DNA of 64,000 nucleotides from Moniliella sp. 'wahieum' (taxonomy: Eukaryota). Positions 42,345-55,463 of this stretch are shown piece after piece. The notes under the pieces are model-generated. The model saw only the letters and a list, made by a program, of their open reading frames with translations, had not been told where the DNA came from and made no database searches. Made by a program: the position numbers and the translations under genes. The stretch covers positions 434,001-498,000 of the forward strand of contig RSEE01000035.1 in the NCBI GenBank assembly GCA_003971905.1. The letters are read 5' to 3'. How positions within the stretch are numbered: the stretch's first letter is position 1; the number at the start of each line of letters is the position of its first letter.

Positions 42345-43016
42345 TTAGGCCGTCGCCTCCATGATGGCGTTGATCTGGAAATACGACCGAGTTAGCAACA
42401 CACAGAGGCAAAGACAACGGGCAAAAGGAAACAGAAACAGAAAAAGGACAAGAAAACATACCAGGTCACCGTTGGTAGACTTGAGCGCCTTGATGGCACG
42501 GTTGCGCGACGCCTTGGACTGGACCATAACCAGCTCAATGTCCGACTCGTTGAGGCCCTCAGCGTCCAGCGGCTCCTCGTCCTCCTCCGCCACCTCGGGC
42601 TTCTTGGACTCGGACAGAAGCGCCTCGGCCTGGGCGGAGAAGTCACCGCCGGCGCCCTCGGCGGCAGCAGCCTGCTGCAGCTGGAGGAGCTGCTGCTGCT
42701 GCTGCTGGGCGGCCTGGAGAGCGAGCTGCTGCTGGTTGGGGTCCTCGACCTTGCCCTCACCAAAGATGACGTACGAGTCGGCGGTGGCCGACTTGTACAC
42801 TTCCGGGTTGCTGATCACGTACAGGTGACCGCGGGCACGGCGCATGGCGATGCGCGAGATGCCGGGCACGCGCTCCAAGCCGAGACCCTGGAGGGCCTTG
42901 CGGCTCTTGCGCTCCGCACGGTTGGCAATCTGCTCCGAAACAACCACGTCCGAACCAGCCTGAGCCAGCTGGGCGTTCTGCAGGCCGTCGGTAACTTCCT
43001 CAATCGTGGCGGACAT
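42345..43016 (-). CDS. EGD2: Nascent polypeptide-associated complex subunit alpha
   Basis: NRAERKSRKAL, VISNPEVYKS, SYVIFGEGKVED (NAC domain); DIELVMVQSKASRNRAIKALKSTNGDL/INAIM (UBA); intron 42375-42461. Confidence 0.96.
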   Translation of the reverse strand: MSATIEEVTDGLQNAQLAQAGSDVVVSEQIANRAERKSRKALQGLGLERVPGISRIAMRRARGHLYVISNPEVYKSATADSYVIFGEGKVEDPNQQQLALQAAQQQQQQLLQLQQAAAAEGAGGDFSAQAEALLSESKKPEVAEEDEEPLDAEGLNESDIELVMVQSKASRNRAIKALKSTNGDLVCFLVLFLFLFPFARCLCLCVLLTRSYFQINAIMEATA

Positions 43017-43550
43017 GGCGAGAAGAGAAGGAGGGGGGGAGGTGGTGGTGGGGCGATGCGACTGGAAGACGGCGCGGCCAGACTGCTTCCGAACCCACCG
43101 AATTGTTCTGCTAGGGTTGCCGCTGCCCCCGCACGGGGGCGCTGCTCGCAGACCTTCTGCCGGGAGGAAGATCCGCTCGGGCGGGGGGGCAGTGAGGATT
43201 GCACGGCCTCATTTGGCGTGCGTGCGTGATCACCCTGCCTCATGCATCATGCATCCCACCGCCTGCCACCTGTTCAAGGCACGGAGATCCACTCCAGTGG
43301 GGTTGGTCGGCTGCCAGGTGGCGGTGGGGCATCTTACGTTTCAATTGCCCATACTGGGGGCGGCCTGCCTGCTCCTCCTGCCTTCTACCGGCCACAACAT
43401 CGCCCTCGTCTGCCGCCTATGATGGCCTAAGCAGCTGCCAGAGTGCTCCAACCCACACAGAACAACAGTCGGGATGACGCCAACCGCATTGGTTACCATC
43501 GCAATGTGCATTGTCTCCCAACCAACGGAGGCGAACGACTGTACAGTTAG

Positions 43551-44607
43551 TTACTTGGACTCTGCTTGGTCGAAGCATATCGGATGGCTTGTCCTTGGCG
43601 TCCTTGGACTCCTCTTTGCCCGTCTCCTCTTCCCCCGCGGGCGCCTGCACATCGGCATCGTCATCATCCCCACGAGCATTGTCCATGCGGTTGTCCACCA
43701 AGCCATGGAGGGCAATGACAGAACGAATCAGGGACGAGAGGTAGACGACCAACAGTTGGTCATTGTTCGCTGCGGTCAGGGCGCGTTGGAGCGGGGGCAT
43801 ATCGAGGTTGGGTAGCAAGTTGAAAATATCTTGCAGGTTGTAAATGATTTGGTGGTTGACTGGCATCCGACCCGCCACGACATCTTGCAGGTAATCCCGG
43901 ATCTCCACCAAGCGGCCTTGCAGGCCTCGCAGTCCCACCAACCGGTCCTCTACCCGCGTCGACAGGGTCCCCACCGATGTGGTGTCCCGCACGTCCCGAA
44001 GCAGATGTTCGACCCCAATCTCCTCCGCCTCCTCGGCCTGGATCTCGGATGGGACATGCATAAAGGTAGCCTCGGTCGTCGTGCCATCATCCTTAATCTC
44101 CTCCACGGCAAAGTAGGCGTTGGTGGGCAAGCCGGCTTCCCGCTGCCGTGGGTCAATGATGACCATGACAGGGCGTTGGATGATGCGTTTCATAAGCTCA
44201 TTAATCTCCAGGTCCGACGAACGCAGTCGTGGGCCCGTGTGGTACCACCCGATCATCTTCTCCTTGGCTATCGTGCGGGCCCAATTGTCAGTGCCTTGTT
44301 TGCGCCGGGACAGCAGAAAAGGTACACACCATTGACCTTTTTGAACATGTCGTTCATGCCAAGGATGTAATTGTGGTCCAAAAACCAAGTTTTGGGGTCG
44401 TGGTCGTCGTCCTCCTCAAACGGCACCGCAAACGAGTTGGCAACGTTTACCACGTGGCCATCATCTTGGCCGAGCAACACGCCAACGCAGCGCTTGCGCG
44501 CACCCGTTGCACTGCGTGCCGCATGATCCGCCACACTGAGCAGAACCAGCGGTGGACAATGACGGTGGTGTTGGACAGTGCAACCGTCTCGGCTGTGTGG
44601 TAGGCAT
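43551..44607 (-). CDS. RPN8: 26S proteasome regulatory subunit Rpn8 (MPN domain)
   Basis: [99 protein letters not shown]; intron 44268-44329; 3' end approximate. Confidence 0.96.
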
Positions 44608-44729
44608 GGTGGACCGGTGGTTGACTGGGCGACAGCAATCACGGCCTGGCGCGCCGTTGGACATGCTTAGCTCCCGCTTTGGGCCACGCAATGCCTGCCA
44701 ATTCCGCGAGGGCTTCCGCCCCCACAGAT

Positions 44730-44870
44730 TCACATTTCACATTTCACATTTCACATTTCACATTTCACATTTCACATTTACATTTTACATTTCACAGGGT
44801 ACATGTCACATGTCACTAGTCACACTGATCACTCTGGTCACCTGACCGGTCACCGGTCACCTCACGGTCA
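44730..44870. repeat. Heptamer repeat (TCACATT)x7 followed by TCACATG/TCACTAG/TCACCGG units
   Basis: 44730-44778 seven perfect TCACATT; 44806-44819 TCACATG TCACTAG; in the RPN8 upstream region. Confidence 0.92.
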
Positions 44871-47006
44871 TCCGCCGACGTAAGTATAGTCGAGGAACAT
44901 ATGAAGCTCTCCGCGTCTATGAGCATGTGCGGCAAAAAGACGCACGAAGGACGATGACAAGGAGACGTGGTTAGAGGAAGAGAATAGTGATCTGACAGAC
45001 TCTGACGGGTTCCGACAGCTTCAAGGACGACAATTGTGGCCTCTGGTCTCGCCTCTCCCTCATGCAGTGTTTCCTGCTGTGGTGCGGTTCTGGTTCTTCT
45101 CGTCCCAACCGTGCCGAGCTGAAGGATGAGGTGTGTTTCTTCTTCACAGAGGTTCCTGTCAACTGGGACGATGTTGCAGGATGAACGACCGAAGGCCCTG
45201 GACGGGAAAGACAGGCGACGGATCGATTGTCCGCACGGCCTGCCCGGTGCCGTTGGCGCCGTCGTCGTTCGTCAACTGTACGCAGCTGCAACCGAATGTT
45301 GGCTCGACACCACCCCGGCCGACTGGACCCTCCATCTTTTCCGAATCCGACCCGCACCCTCCTCTTGACCTCCCGCCTTCCGCTCCCGCGGCCGACGACC
45401 GGGCTGCCATCATCAGTGACGATGGGGACGCCAAAGAGCACGACGACCCCCCACAACCAGCTCTCGTTCGCTGGGACCTGCACGGCTCCTCAACCGGGTG
45501 GGCCCAACAGGAGGCTCAGCGCCACGCCGACATCGTCGCTGTGGCACAGGCATTCCAACGGCAGGTAGCCATCTCCAGTGGCTTGCCCCACTTTTCCGCC
45601 CGCAAATCATCCGTTTGCCCGCTGGCCCTTCGATGAGCGCCAATGCCGCCTTTCCCACGGTGGCCAAACCGGCCCAGACCGACGGATCGTACGCCGTCGC
45701 GGCTCCACTTGTGGAGGTACGTTTTCCTCCGTTCGGCTTGGCCTTTGTTGATGAATGCCATAGGACCAACCGCAGGGTAGGGCGTGCCGTTAAAGCCAAA
45801 GAATATACTCCCCCAATAGCCCGGGCCAAGCGACGGTCACACTTGACAATCAAGAGGAGAAGGCCACGGTTCAATGGAAGGGTTAGCTCGGTGGAAATAA
45901 GGAGAAGAGAGATGAACATACCTTGACCGCAACGTAAGGAAAGCGTGGGTTGGCCGTTGAAGAGCGCCCATGATCTGCGACGAACATGTATGCGCCCCAG
46001 TACCAACGCTTTTTTTCCATGCCCCCGCCGTCACCGAGACTGAATGGCCTGCTCGCACCGACTAGGTCCGGTCACTCCTCTTCCGGCGGTCGCCAGCATT
46101 GAAACGGTTCGCATTGGCACCTTGCCTCGTCCCCAACAGATCGTCCGCACAGAAGTGGTTCGTGCCACCTCACCCCCTCTGCCATCCCCAAATGCGATCG
46201 ACCATGGGTCGGTCGGGTCCTGTCGTGCCGTGCTCGTCCCACATGGGTTCCCATCCCAAGAAACGCCGGGGGCGGGCCTCCCATCGGGCACCCACCCTGA
46301 TGACCAGAGGCCGGGCATTCTCTTTTCAGGCTTCGCTGGGGGACAATGCCTCCCCTTGATGATTGATTGATGAATGACGGCTTTTGCATGTGTGGGCTGC
46401 TCGCCACCATCACAAGTACCCTGATCCTCTCCCCGTTTCTCCGACGAAGGAGGCACAATCTCCATTCTCCTCCGTTTCCGGCAGCGATCGACCTTCTTCC
46501 GGTCCGCGCTTACAGAATCAAACACGTTTTCTCGATCAGACACACATAGCCTTGATCTAGCACGTTACAATCGCCAACCAGAAAGGTTTGGCCTGTGGGA
46601 TTCGACGTACCTTTTGGAAGTCTGGGTTGGGCATGTGGACAGATGGCCCGGTGGTCCTTTTTGACTTGGGTCTGTGGTACCATGAACGGGGGCTTGGTCA
46701 CTCGGCGGCAACTGGGATGGGGCTTTCATCCGCCGTTGCCCCTGACCCAGGAGAATCGGCGAGGCAGATGGAGGCGGTCATGCAGGGGCCGCCAAAAAGC
46801 GTCGCATGACTTCCCATCCGCACCGATCGCACATTCCATCCCCAAGTCGATCCGCGTGGTGGCGATGGTGGTGGGCAATGGCGCGAGTGTTGGGCATGAC
46901 GGCATAAGCGAGCCAGTCTCCAGCCGCACTGTTTTGTCGGCGTACCGACGACCGCGCTGCGGGCTCGCATTGCACATTTCAACTCCGCTTCCCCCATGGG
47001 GATGCG

Positions 47007-47070
47007 TCACATGTCACATGTCACACCCCATGTCACATGTCACATGCCATGTCACAGCCCGTGTCACAGC
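47007..47070. repeat. Heptamer repeat TCACATG units
   Basis: 47007-47020 and 47033-47046 each (TCACATG)x2. Confidence 0.8.
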
Positions 47071-47443
47071 TCATCACTTGCCTGGCCGCCGACTGCAATC
47101 TGTCACCGAATGACTAAGCTCGCTCCAATTTCCAATTCCGCATCCTGTGTCTCTCGCTCTTCCCTTCTCTTTTGCTTCTGTTCTCTGCCTGATGCCTTCT
47201 GTTTCCTCCCACGAACGATCTTGCCTTTCCCCCCGCCTCTGACAGGACCTTGGTCTCCCTCGTTTAGCCCCGACTGTTACACAATCCAGTTAAAGATACT
47301 GCTGCCCCCTCCACTTCCAGCCCTCCTCCTCACCACCACCAGCCACCCATCCATCCCCTCGCCTCCCCGCTACCCTATCACATTGCGATCTAACCGCTCT
47401 CCCGTCTCCTCACGACCATTATGCTTGCATCAAGCAACGCGGC

Positions 47444-49189
47444 ATGTCGGCGACAGTACGCCGCTCCATTCCAGCGCCAATTAAGCGCACCGGGAGACCG
47501 ATATGGAGAGGTCGATGACATCTTCCAATCTGACGTCTTTGACCGGCCGGCAAAGCGAGTATGTATCCTTCTTCCTTTCGCTCACACTGGGAGACGCAAC
47601 CATCCAACACGAAAGAACAGCTTCCGACGGTCCGTTCACCCAGCGTTACCAGCTCCCCCGCCGCGGCTGCTTCACCCAGCCCAACAAGGGCCAAGCGCCC
47701 GTTGTTTTCGTTCCTGCGGGACGAGGATGAGGGAGAGGGAGAGGACAGGGTGACTCGTTCCCCCCGTCCTACCAAGGAGCTGCGCTCAAACCCTCCCGAC
47801 AAACCGGAGCCCAAGTGGAAGCCAAAGCTCAAGGCTACCTTGAGGCCCGAGCGGGGGGACGTACCCGCGGCGAACGGTTTCTATTTCCGCCACGTACCCA
47901 ACAGGATCATGATCAGAGGGCGCGGGCACAACGGACGCATACCGCCATGTTCAATGCCGACCTTGAGGCGATCCTAGATCGGTTTGAACAAAATCTCCAA
48001 CACTTTGGTGCCAAAGCGTATGGGACGACAACACAACCTCCTCCTCGTGAGAATCTTCAGAAGATGAGTGGGACGGGGAGGTGAGTGAGGAATACTCTGA
48101 GCCCGATGAGACCCGGGTGCAGGACCTGATCAACGTGTGGGGGCGCCACTTCTGTTTGAAAGACGATTTCTTCCGTCCCACCGAGTCCGAGGAAGAGGAC
48201 GAGGCGGACACAATCAATAGTGGACCACCAAGGCCACACCTTGAGTCCCCTTTCTTCATCCCGTCCTCCTCCACTTTGGAGAAGCAGGTGAACGACGCTA
48301 CTTCGGCAAGCAATGGCGACCCTCTGAGCTCTGCACTTCCGTTTATGGCCCTCAACGACCGGGAGGGGAGTGGGGAGCCTGAGCCGTATGACGAAGATCA
48401 AAGTGATGGGCGCCTCTTCCCGCATCCTGATCTCCTACGCCCCTTGGCCCCAGGTTGTGCACATACGAACGGATACAGGTCCCGTCCCTTCTGGCACGGC
48501 ACCGTTCTTTCTTCCCAATACATACTGCAGGAGTTTCCAGCACAGCGAGTGGGAGGCCCATCACTCCACCATCTGTCCAAGAAGCAGCAAAGCAAGTTTT
48601 TCAATGGCCCGAAATGGGGCCGCCGCCAAGGGTTGAAAACGAAGATTGAAGCGGCCTTTTGGAGTAGGACCAGCGAAGCGTGCTCGTGTGGCTCGTGGAG
48701 GCGAGGTCGCTCAACGAGCCATGAAAGCCAGCTCACATTGTCGAGGCCAAGATGCTGACTGAGTTTGGCTGCGGTGTTTCGTGGCCAAGGCCCCATAACA
48801 CGCAAACTGGGGTGCTGGGCATCGAGTTGATCCCGTTGGATAACACCCGGCGGTACTGGCCCCCTTGGCTGACCAAGGTGATGGGGGTGGGTGCACACTA
48901 CTTGGCAAACCTGGAGCCTGGCCTCCACCTCTTTGTCGTGGCCCTGATCGACGTGCCTACCTTCTTCCCAACTGATAAGCCGAAACGGCATTGGAAGAGC
49001 ACAAGTCTGCGGTGTAATAGTGCAAGTACCTTGTTCGACTGTTCTCTTTTTGTGACCTACTCTCGGTGGCTCCGATATTCCTTCTCCCACCTAATATCCT
49101 CCGTCCAATTGTGGTTGAGACCCTCCCCCCTCCCTCCCCCCGCCTTTCGCCTCGTGCATCGTACGGGAGTGTACACCACCCTTCCGTAG
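47444..49189 (+). CDS. Hypothetical protein (frameshifted, no recognised domain)
   Basis: Pyrimidine-rich leader 47140-47420, intron-like GTATGT at about 47559, then overlapping ORFs 47561-47977, 47815-48084, 48081-48758, 48752-49189. Confidence 0.4.
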
Positions 49190-50266
49190 GCCGTTCCCGA
49201 CTGGTATGACGGTTTGCCTTGTCCAATTGGTCCACGACTCTAAATATGTAACAGAGTAGATATAGGAAAGAGACCGAAGAACTCACCGTCAGTAGAAAAA
49301 GGTTGCTCGGCTCCATCCCCATCTCCATGGTTCGACGTGTTTCGTCAGCGATGCATCCAACTAAGGACACCCCCATTAACATATCCTTTGGGGTATATGG
49401 CCAACACGTTTTCTCTCACTTTTTGCTCCTCGACCAATGGCATGTGGCTAAACAATATACTCACTAACACAGCTCATCACTTTTGTCTGCAGTATGGAAG
49501 GGGAAGTACACGTCGGACCACACCTTTCGTCTCTCGCCACCTCCGCCTCTTCTTCTTCTCCTTCTACTGACCCAGTGAGGCCAAGTGGCCCCTGCTTGTC
49601 CCGCCCCGCCTCCCACCACCCATCCTACCACCGTGCTGCAATGTGGGGCAGACTGTGGCGGTGGCGCGTCCGGTTCGCGACGCGCGCGACGCAAAGCGGG
49701 CCGCAGTGGCCTGGAAGAGCGACGTGTTTGTGCAGGACAGCCTTTAATCAGCATGGGGGTGGGGAGTCGATGGGCATAGCCCGCGGGAGCAAGTGGATGT
49801 GGCTCAGCGACATGGCTCATCTGGTGCTGGTCAGCACAAGCCAAGTGTGGAGGAACATGGAGATCACACGCGCGGCATGACATCACCGCACTCGGCGTGG
49901 CTTGGAGCGCTCCAGCGTGGCGCTTACTTGTGTTGCCTACCACAGACGCTTGCTAGCTGGAGCTAGCCACTGCGCCCGCCCCCACATCTACTTGTTACCC
50001 TGTCCTCCCAACACCCCAATGCCTTGTGCGTGCCCAACCCTCAGTTATGGCGACAGCCTCGCGTTCAAGAGAGTTGTACGCCAGTTGTGATATGAACTGT
50101 TGATTCCTTCCCCCACCTCCTTAAGTCTCTCTCTATATCGACAGGAAAACATACATGGCTAGTCCAACATATTTGCTTGGTGCTGAGCCTCGCTCGACCA
50201 CCAACAGATGAACAGGACCGATTAACTCAAAAACGACTAGAGCCGAACCAAACAGGGCAGGGCAGC

Positions 50267-52277
50267 TTAAAGCAGCTCCTTGACCTTCTTTGGATCGAGT
50301 CCGAGTCGAGACCCTGGTGAGGGATCTGCTCCCAAAGACCACCCGACCCCTCAACGGTGGTGCCCAGGTGGGCAAACTTGCCCGGGCGAATGTTGCGCTC
50401 CAAGAGCCAAGAGCCGACGCGCGAGCCGAGGCCAGTAGCCTTGTTGAACGACTCAACCACCAGGGTGAACTTGCCGGCACCCCACACCTTGATCGCCTCC
50501 TCGTCCACCACGTTGAGCGTCGCCTTGTTGATCACACCCACCTTGATCCCTCGGCCTTGAGCTTGTCAACGGCATCGACGACACGGTACAGCATCTCACC
50601 GAACGTGACGATCCAGCCTTCGACCTCACCGGGGGCACCACGGATAATGTCATCCTTACCTGGAACAAAGGTGTAGCCCTCGCCATAGAAGCGCTCCGAG
50701 TCCGAACCCTCCTTCAGCACCCAAGGCACCTTCGACCGGGTCGAAAACACGAACCGAAGGCCAGGCGCGTACAGCACCTTCTCAATCACCGCCGTCATCT
50801 GGGTCGGGTCGGCAGGGAAGTAGAGGTTGGTGGGCACACCCGCATCCGACAGACCATTGTCGGCAAAGAAGTTGTTGATACCAAAGTGGCACGTGTTGTC
50901 CGCCATCTCATCAACACCGGCGTGAGAGAAGTGAGAAAGGACGTTGGACTTGTTGAGGCGCGCCATGGTAAGCTCCGAGATGACCATCTCGAGGAAAGCC
51001 GAGAAGGTGGAGAAAATACCGGTGCGGTATTCGCCTTCGGGGACAAACGAGCCAAAGCCAGCGGCAGCGCTGAAGTTGCCGCGCTCGCAAATACCCGAGG
51101 ACCAGAAGACCTCGGGATGCTTCTGGTGAATGACCTTGAGACCAGTCGAACCCTCCAGGTCCGAGTCAATGCAGAGCACCTTCTTGGCGTTCTCCTCCTT
51201 CGACGTCTTGTCCAACACAGCGGCAACAGCGTCGCCAAAGACGACACGGTTCGCGCCGCGCTCCTTGGTGGAGCCAATGTACGTGTACGGGTCCTTGCGG
51301 GGCTTGATGCTCTCGAGGATGGCGACGGCATCCTTGTTGCCAGCGTCGGTGAGGAACTCAATCGCCTTGGGAAGGGGAATCACATCGTGGCCGTGGGGGT
51401 TGCCCTCGATACCCTTGATACCGGGTGCCATGGGACGCTTGGTGATCACAGCAACAGGGCCCTTGGTGTTGACTGCCTCGATGATGGCGCCAAAGAGACT
51501 GTCGAGGTCTTCACCCTCGGCGCGGACGATCTTGAGGCCGTGGCCCTCAAGGGTCTTCCCAACGTCGTAACCCTTGAAGTAGTCCGAAGGGTGGCCAGCA
51601 ATGGTAACGTTGTTGTCGTCAATGAAAAGCTTGACGTTGAGGTCCTTGGCAACCGCAAGGCGAGCAGCCTCAGCATCGTCACCTCTTGCTCCGACCCGTC
51701 AGAGCCAAGCATGATGGTGATCTTGTCAGCATGAGCAGCAGCCACACCGTTGACCATCGGCCACATGTGGCCCAGGCGGCCCGAGGAGAACTTGACGCCC
51801 GGGGTCAAACCAAGCTCGGGATGGCCGGGGAGCTTGCTGTCAGCCTCGCGGTAGTACAGGAGGTGGTCCGCAGGGAACGCGCCGTCGAGAGCGGCCAAAA
51901 GGTACTGCGTCGCGACACGGTGGCCAGCCTCGTCAAAGAAGGTCTGGTAGAACTTGTCGCCGTCAGGACCGGCAAAGAGCGAGAGGAGTAGAACAACCTC
52001 GGGGACAGTGTCGTAAGGCCCACCGGTGTGGCCCGAGACTGTGCCGGGGGAGGGGTCAGAGATGTGCCACGAGGGAAAGCAGGCAGAAGGGGTATAACCG
52101 CCACGGGCAGCGCCAGAGGCGGTGAAGAAGATGATGGCCTCGCGGAGGGCTTGATGTTGGCGGACAGCTGCCCTTCTGCTCGGCAGTAAGCTGCTTGTCG
52201 GCAAGCGACAGGGGCACAGGCTTGTACTGGTCCAGCGGGACGGGGAACTTGGTAATGTCAAAGGCCTGGAGGGGCAT
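50267..52277 (-). CDS. Atypical transketolase-like thiamine diphosphate-dependent enzyme
   Basis: VSGHTGG, DEAGHRVATQY, YREADSKLPGHPE, SSGRLGH, GSDGSEQEG...IDDNN (ThDP-binding variant), IDSDLEGSTG, GICERGN, STFSAF, C-terminal TK domain; intron about 52039-52098. Confidence 0.9.
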
Positions 52278-53515
52278 TGTGAGGGGAGTGGAAGGGGCGA
52301 GGTGGTGGGGCAGAGCAGAGCCGAGAAGGGACGAACACAGCTGAGCTGAGCGAACGGCGGCGCAACTGCGGCAGGGGCTGCTGCTGTTGGCGCCGGCGGT
52401 TTAAGTTGAACTCGCCGTAGAAGCCGCCGCCATGTCCGCCACACTGCCCCTGTGCCCGCGTCGTTCCGCTGCAAGCGGGCACTGAGCGTCACACTCCCCG
52501 CCCAGCGACCGTTCGCCGCCAGGCACGGGGGGAGTGTGTGCACAGGCCATAGCCCAACACAAGAAGATCCGCCGACAGCGTGCTCAGCCAGCCGCTTCAA
52601 ATCATTGGGCTTCACCTCAAGCTTCAACCAACACACAAGCACAGTCTGGCCCAGCCGCTGCCAGGGCTGTCCCCGACAGCGCGGCTGACGTGCTGACGAT
52701 TGACGATTTGCCGGCGATCCACCTTAGGTACTCAGACTCACCCAGCGTCCAACAAGTTGAACAACGTTGTTGATTGAGGGTGGAGGCCAACAAAGCATTG
52801 GCCAACCCTGGCTAACCCTGGCCAACCTGAGATTGAAGCACCGAGGTACTGAGGCGTGAGGCCAGGTTGCCTCTGTGTACTGAGCTATTGGTGAGCTACT
52901 GAGCAATCAAATGATTACTGAGTACCGAGTCTCGGCGCTCAGGAGGCGCTGAGGCCGCGTGTGTGTAACCTGCTACTTGTCGACGAAATCGACGCGTCAG
53001 CGCGTCCGCTTCAAGCTTCAAGCTTCACGCGTCACGCCTTGGGCCTTGGGTCTTAGGCCTTGGCCTTATTGCCGAGGAAGGCCCAAATCAACAAACCCAC
53101 AGCATCATATCCTGTTGCGCCGTCGCGCGTCACGCGTCACGTTCGCCTCTGTGCCAAACTCGTGTGCCCCATGCTCGCCGTCGAACGGCTAGCTATAACC
53201 CGGTCTGCAAGTCAATAGAACCAACATCCAGGCCCCCGCGCGCATCACACCGATGCATGTATCATTTTGTGCCACTCAGGGCATTGGTCATTTTTGGGAC
53301 GCTGGACGGATCCTGCTCGGACGGTGTTTCCGGTCCGGCCAATGCCTTATCCCCGAGTTATAGGACCGGTCGGTGGTGTGCGGGCTTATAACTCCCCAGG
53401 ATCAAAGTCATTCAGCCTCGGCCCACGCTTGCACCACGAGGTGAGGCACTGAGTACTACTGACGAGGCACAGGTGAGGCCGGCAAGGCCGGTGACGACCT
53501 GATCGGGGTGGCTGG

Positions 53516-53578
53516 TGAAGCTTGAAGCTTGAAGCTTGAAGCTTGAAGCTTGAAGCTTGAAGCTTGAAGTTTAACGCG
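53516..53578. repeat. Heptamer repeat (TGAAGCT)x7
   Basis: 53516-53564 seven perfect TGAAGCT, then TGAAGTT and TAACGCG in phase. Confidence 0.97.
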
Positions 53579-55463
53579 TTAACGCCTGAGTCCAGGGGGA
53601 GGAGGGCCAGGGAGGGCCTTGTTTCTTCACCGCCTGGCCGGAGTTTTCCGGGCTTAAGCCCGGGAGATGCTGAAAGAAGCGGGCGGTGTTCAATTAGTTA
53701 ATTAACCCTGCTGACCGGCCCTAAGGCCTAACCTGACCGGGCTGGGCGCTGACGCGCTGACCGGTCACGGTGACCTCCAACCGGCCATGATGGCATGATA
53801 GGGCAAGACAGAGAGGACATGATGGGTGGTGCCTGGTTGCTGAAGGAGGAGTGGAATGGAGGATGTGGTTCTGAGGAGAGGTACAGGAGGCTATGAGAAG
53901 GGTAGGGCCTTATATAGACGAGGTACCGCGGAGCTGAGGAAGCTTCCGGGCGGATAAGAGGGGTGATGACTATCACGCAGGATGGCGTGATTGGGGCATC
54001 GCCCCAACACTGGTGCATGATGCACATGATGGCGCTGCTACTGTTGCGCTATGACCAACTAGCCGCAATCAGATGGCCGCTACTGATTGAAATTGCTAGG
54101 GAGAGCATGGAGAGCGAACGAAATATCGAGTGGAAGCGGTGTTGGCCGTGAAGCTTGAAGAGAAGACACATGAGATCTGAGAGGGGACGCGAACACATGA
54201 GCGCAAAGAAAGGCGCAAGTGGCGCTCCATTTTGGCAGCGTCTAAAGGAGGCTGGCTATCCCAGCACAGCGAGATACCACACCTTTTGTCTTGAAGCTTG
54301 ATATTTTTGGTCCTACCGTCGCATCCATCTCATTTACGGAGCTCATTAAAACGCGTTTAACGTTGTGGGGCAAAGAAACGCTCTGTTGCGTCTAAACCAG
54401 CCTGTGTCCGCCTGCCGTCCATCAGGCGTGTGCTCCTTTTGTTAGCGGCACGCCTCCGATTAGGAAGCCAGGAGAGTCGCCAGCACGTCAGGATCCTCTC
54501 TGGCTCCCTCCATTCGCTTCTAAACTAGATGTAGCGCGCGTGCATATGATTGAGCGCACGGTAGACATCCGAGCGGTGAACGGTGAATAGCGGTGAGCTA
54601 TCTCCAACAAGGCCCATCTGATCCGTTAATTCTTTCGACATAGTATCCTCGCTTCGGCTAAACCAAGGGGAAGCAAGGCTCTGCATAAAGCCACTGTGGT
54701 ACTTGGCGTCCTTGCCGCATTCCGTTCTCTCCCTCCGGCGTACCAAACGTGTATTTGCAGTTTTCTCACGTTCCACTTTCCGGTACGCAGCCATAGCCTC
54801 CATCGTGTTCGAGTCCCATACACATAGAGTGTGGTCCACCCCCATTCCTGATCATGGCAATGCGCCAGACCCCATCACTCAGTATTGGTGTGCATTCTCG
54901 TCGCCGTCCTCGCACACCTCTCGCCTTTTCATCCTCATCCTCTCAGCTTTTGAAACAGGCGGACACGCGCAGCAGAGGCTTGCCTTTGTGGAGTTGGTGG
55001 GGCCAACTGGGACGGCCTGGGACGGTCCTTCTCAAGTTGGCCACGTTGCGGCGTGGATAAACTCGATAAACGTAGCTACCTCAGCCATACGGTGGGAATG
55101 GGAGACAAGAGTGGGTGGGCTTGGGTGGCTGCGTAGACTATGTGCATCTCTTGAAGCTTGAGCTTGAACATCGATCAGGGCGGGCGTGCTAGGGTTGGGT
55201 CGGCTGTTCTGTGTCCGCAGGGTGTGGGCACGGGGGCGCACGGTGGGGCATGCGCGCGGAGTTCCGCAGCCGAGGGGGCTGCGGGCACACCAGCAGTGTG
55301 CGCGTGGGCTGGCGCGGCGCTCTGTTAGGTAAGGCATGGCGTCTCCCCGAGCGCGAGCGACCATATCAGGACTGCGGGGCTTGCCGGTGGCCTCGCTCTG
55401 CTCCTGCCCTCCTATTTCTGCTCCAACCACCCACCACCACCACCTGCCCTCCACCCCTCCACC

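Noticed and set aside
44900..46550. Plus-strand ORF fragments after the RPN8 promoter
   Set aside because: No domain recognised, multiple stops; may be an orphan or decayed gene but unsupported.
53795..53820. Pheromone precursor (SCPIM resembles CAAX)
   Set aside because: The motif is not at the C-terminus and there is no precursor-length leader.
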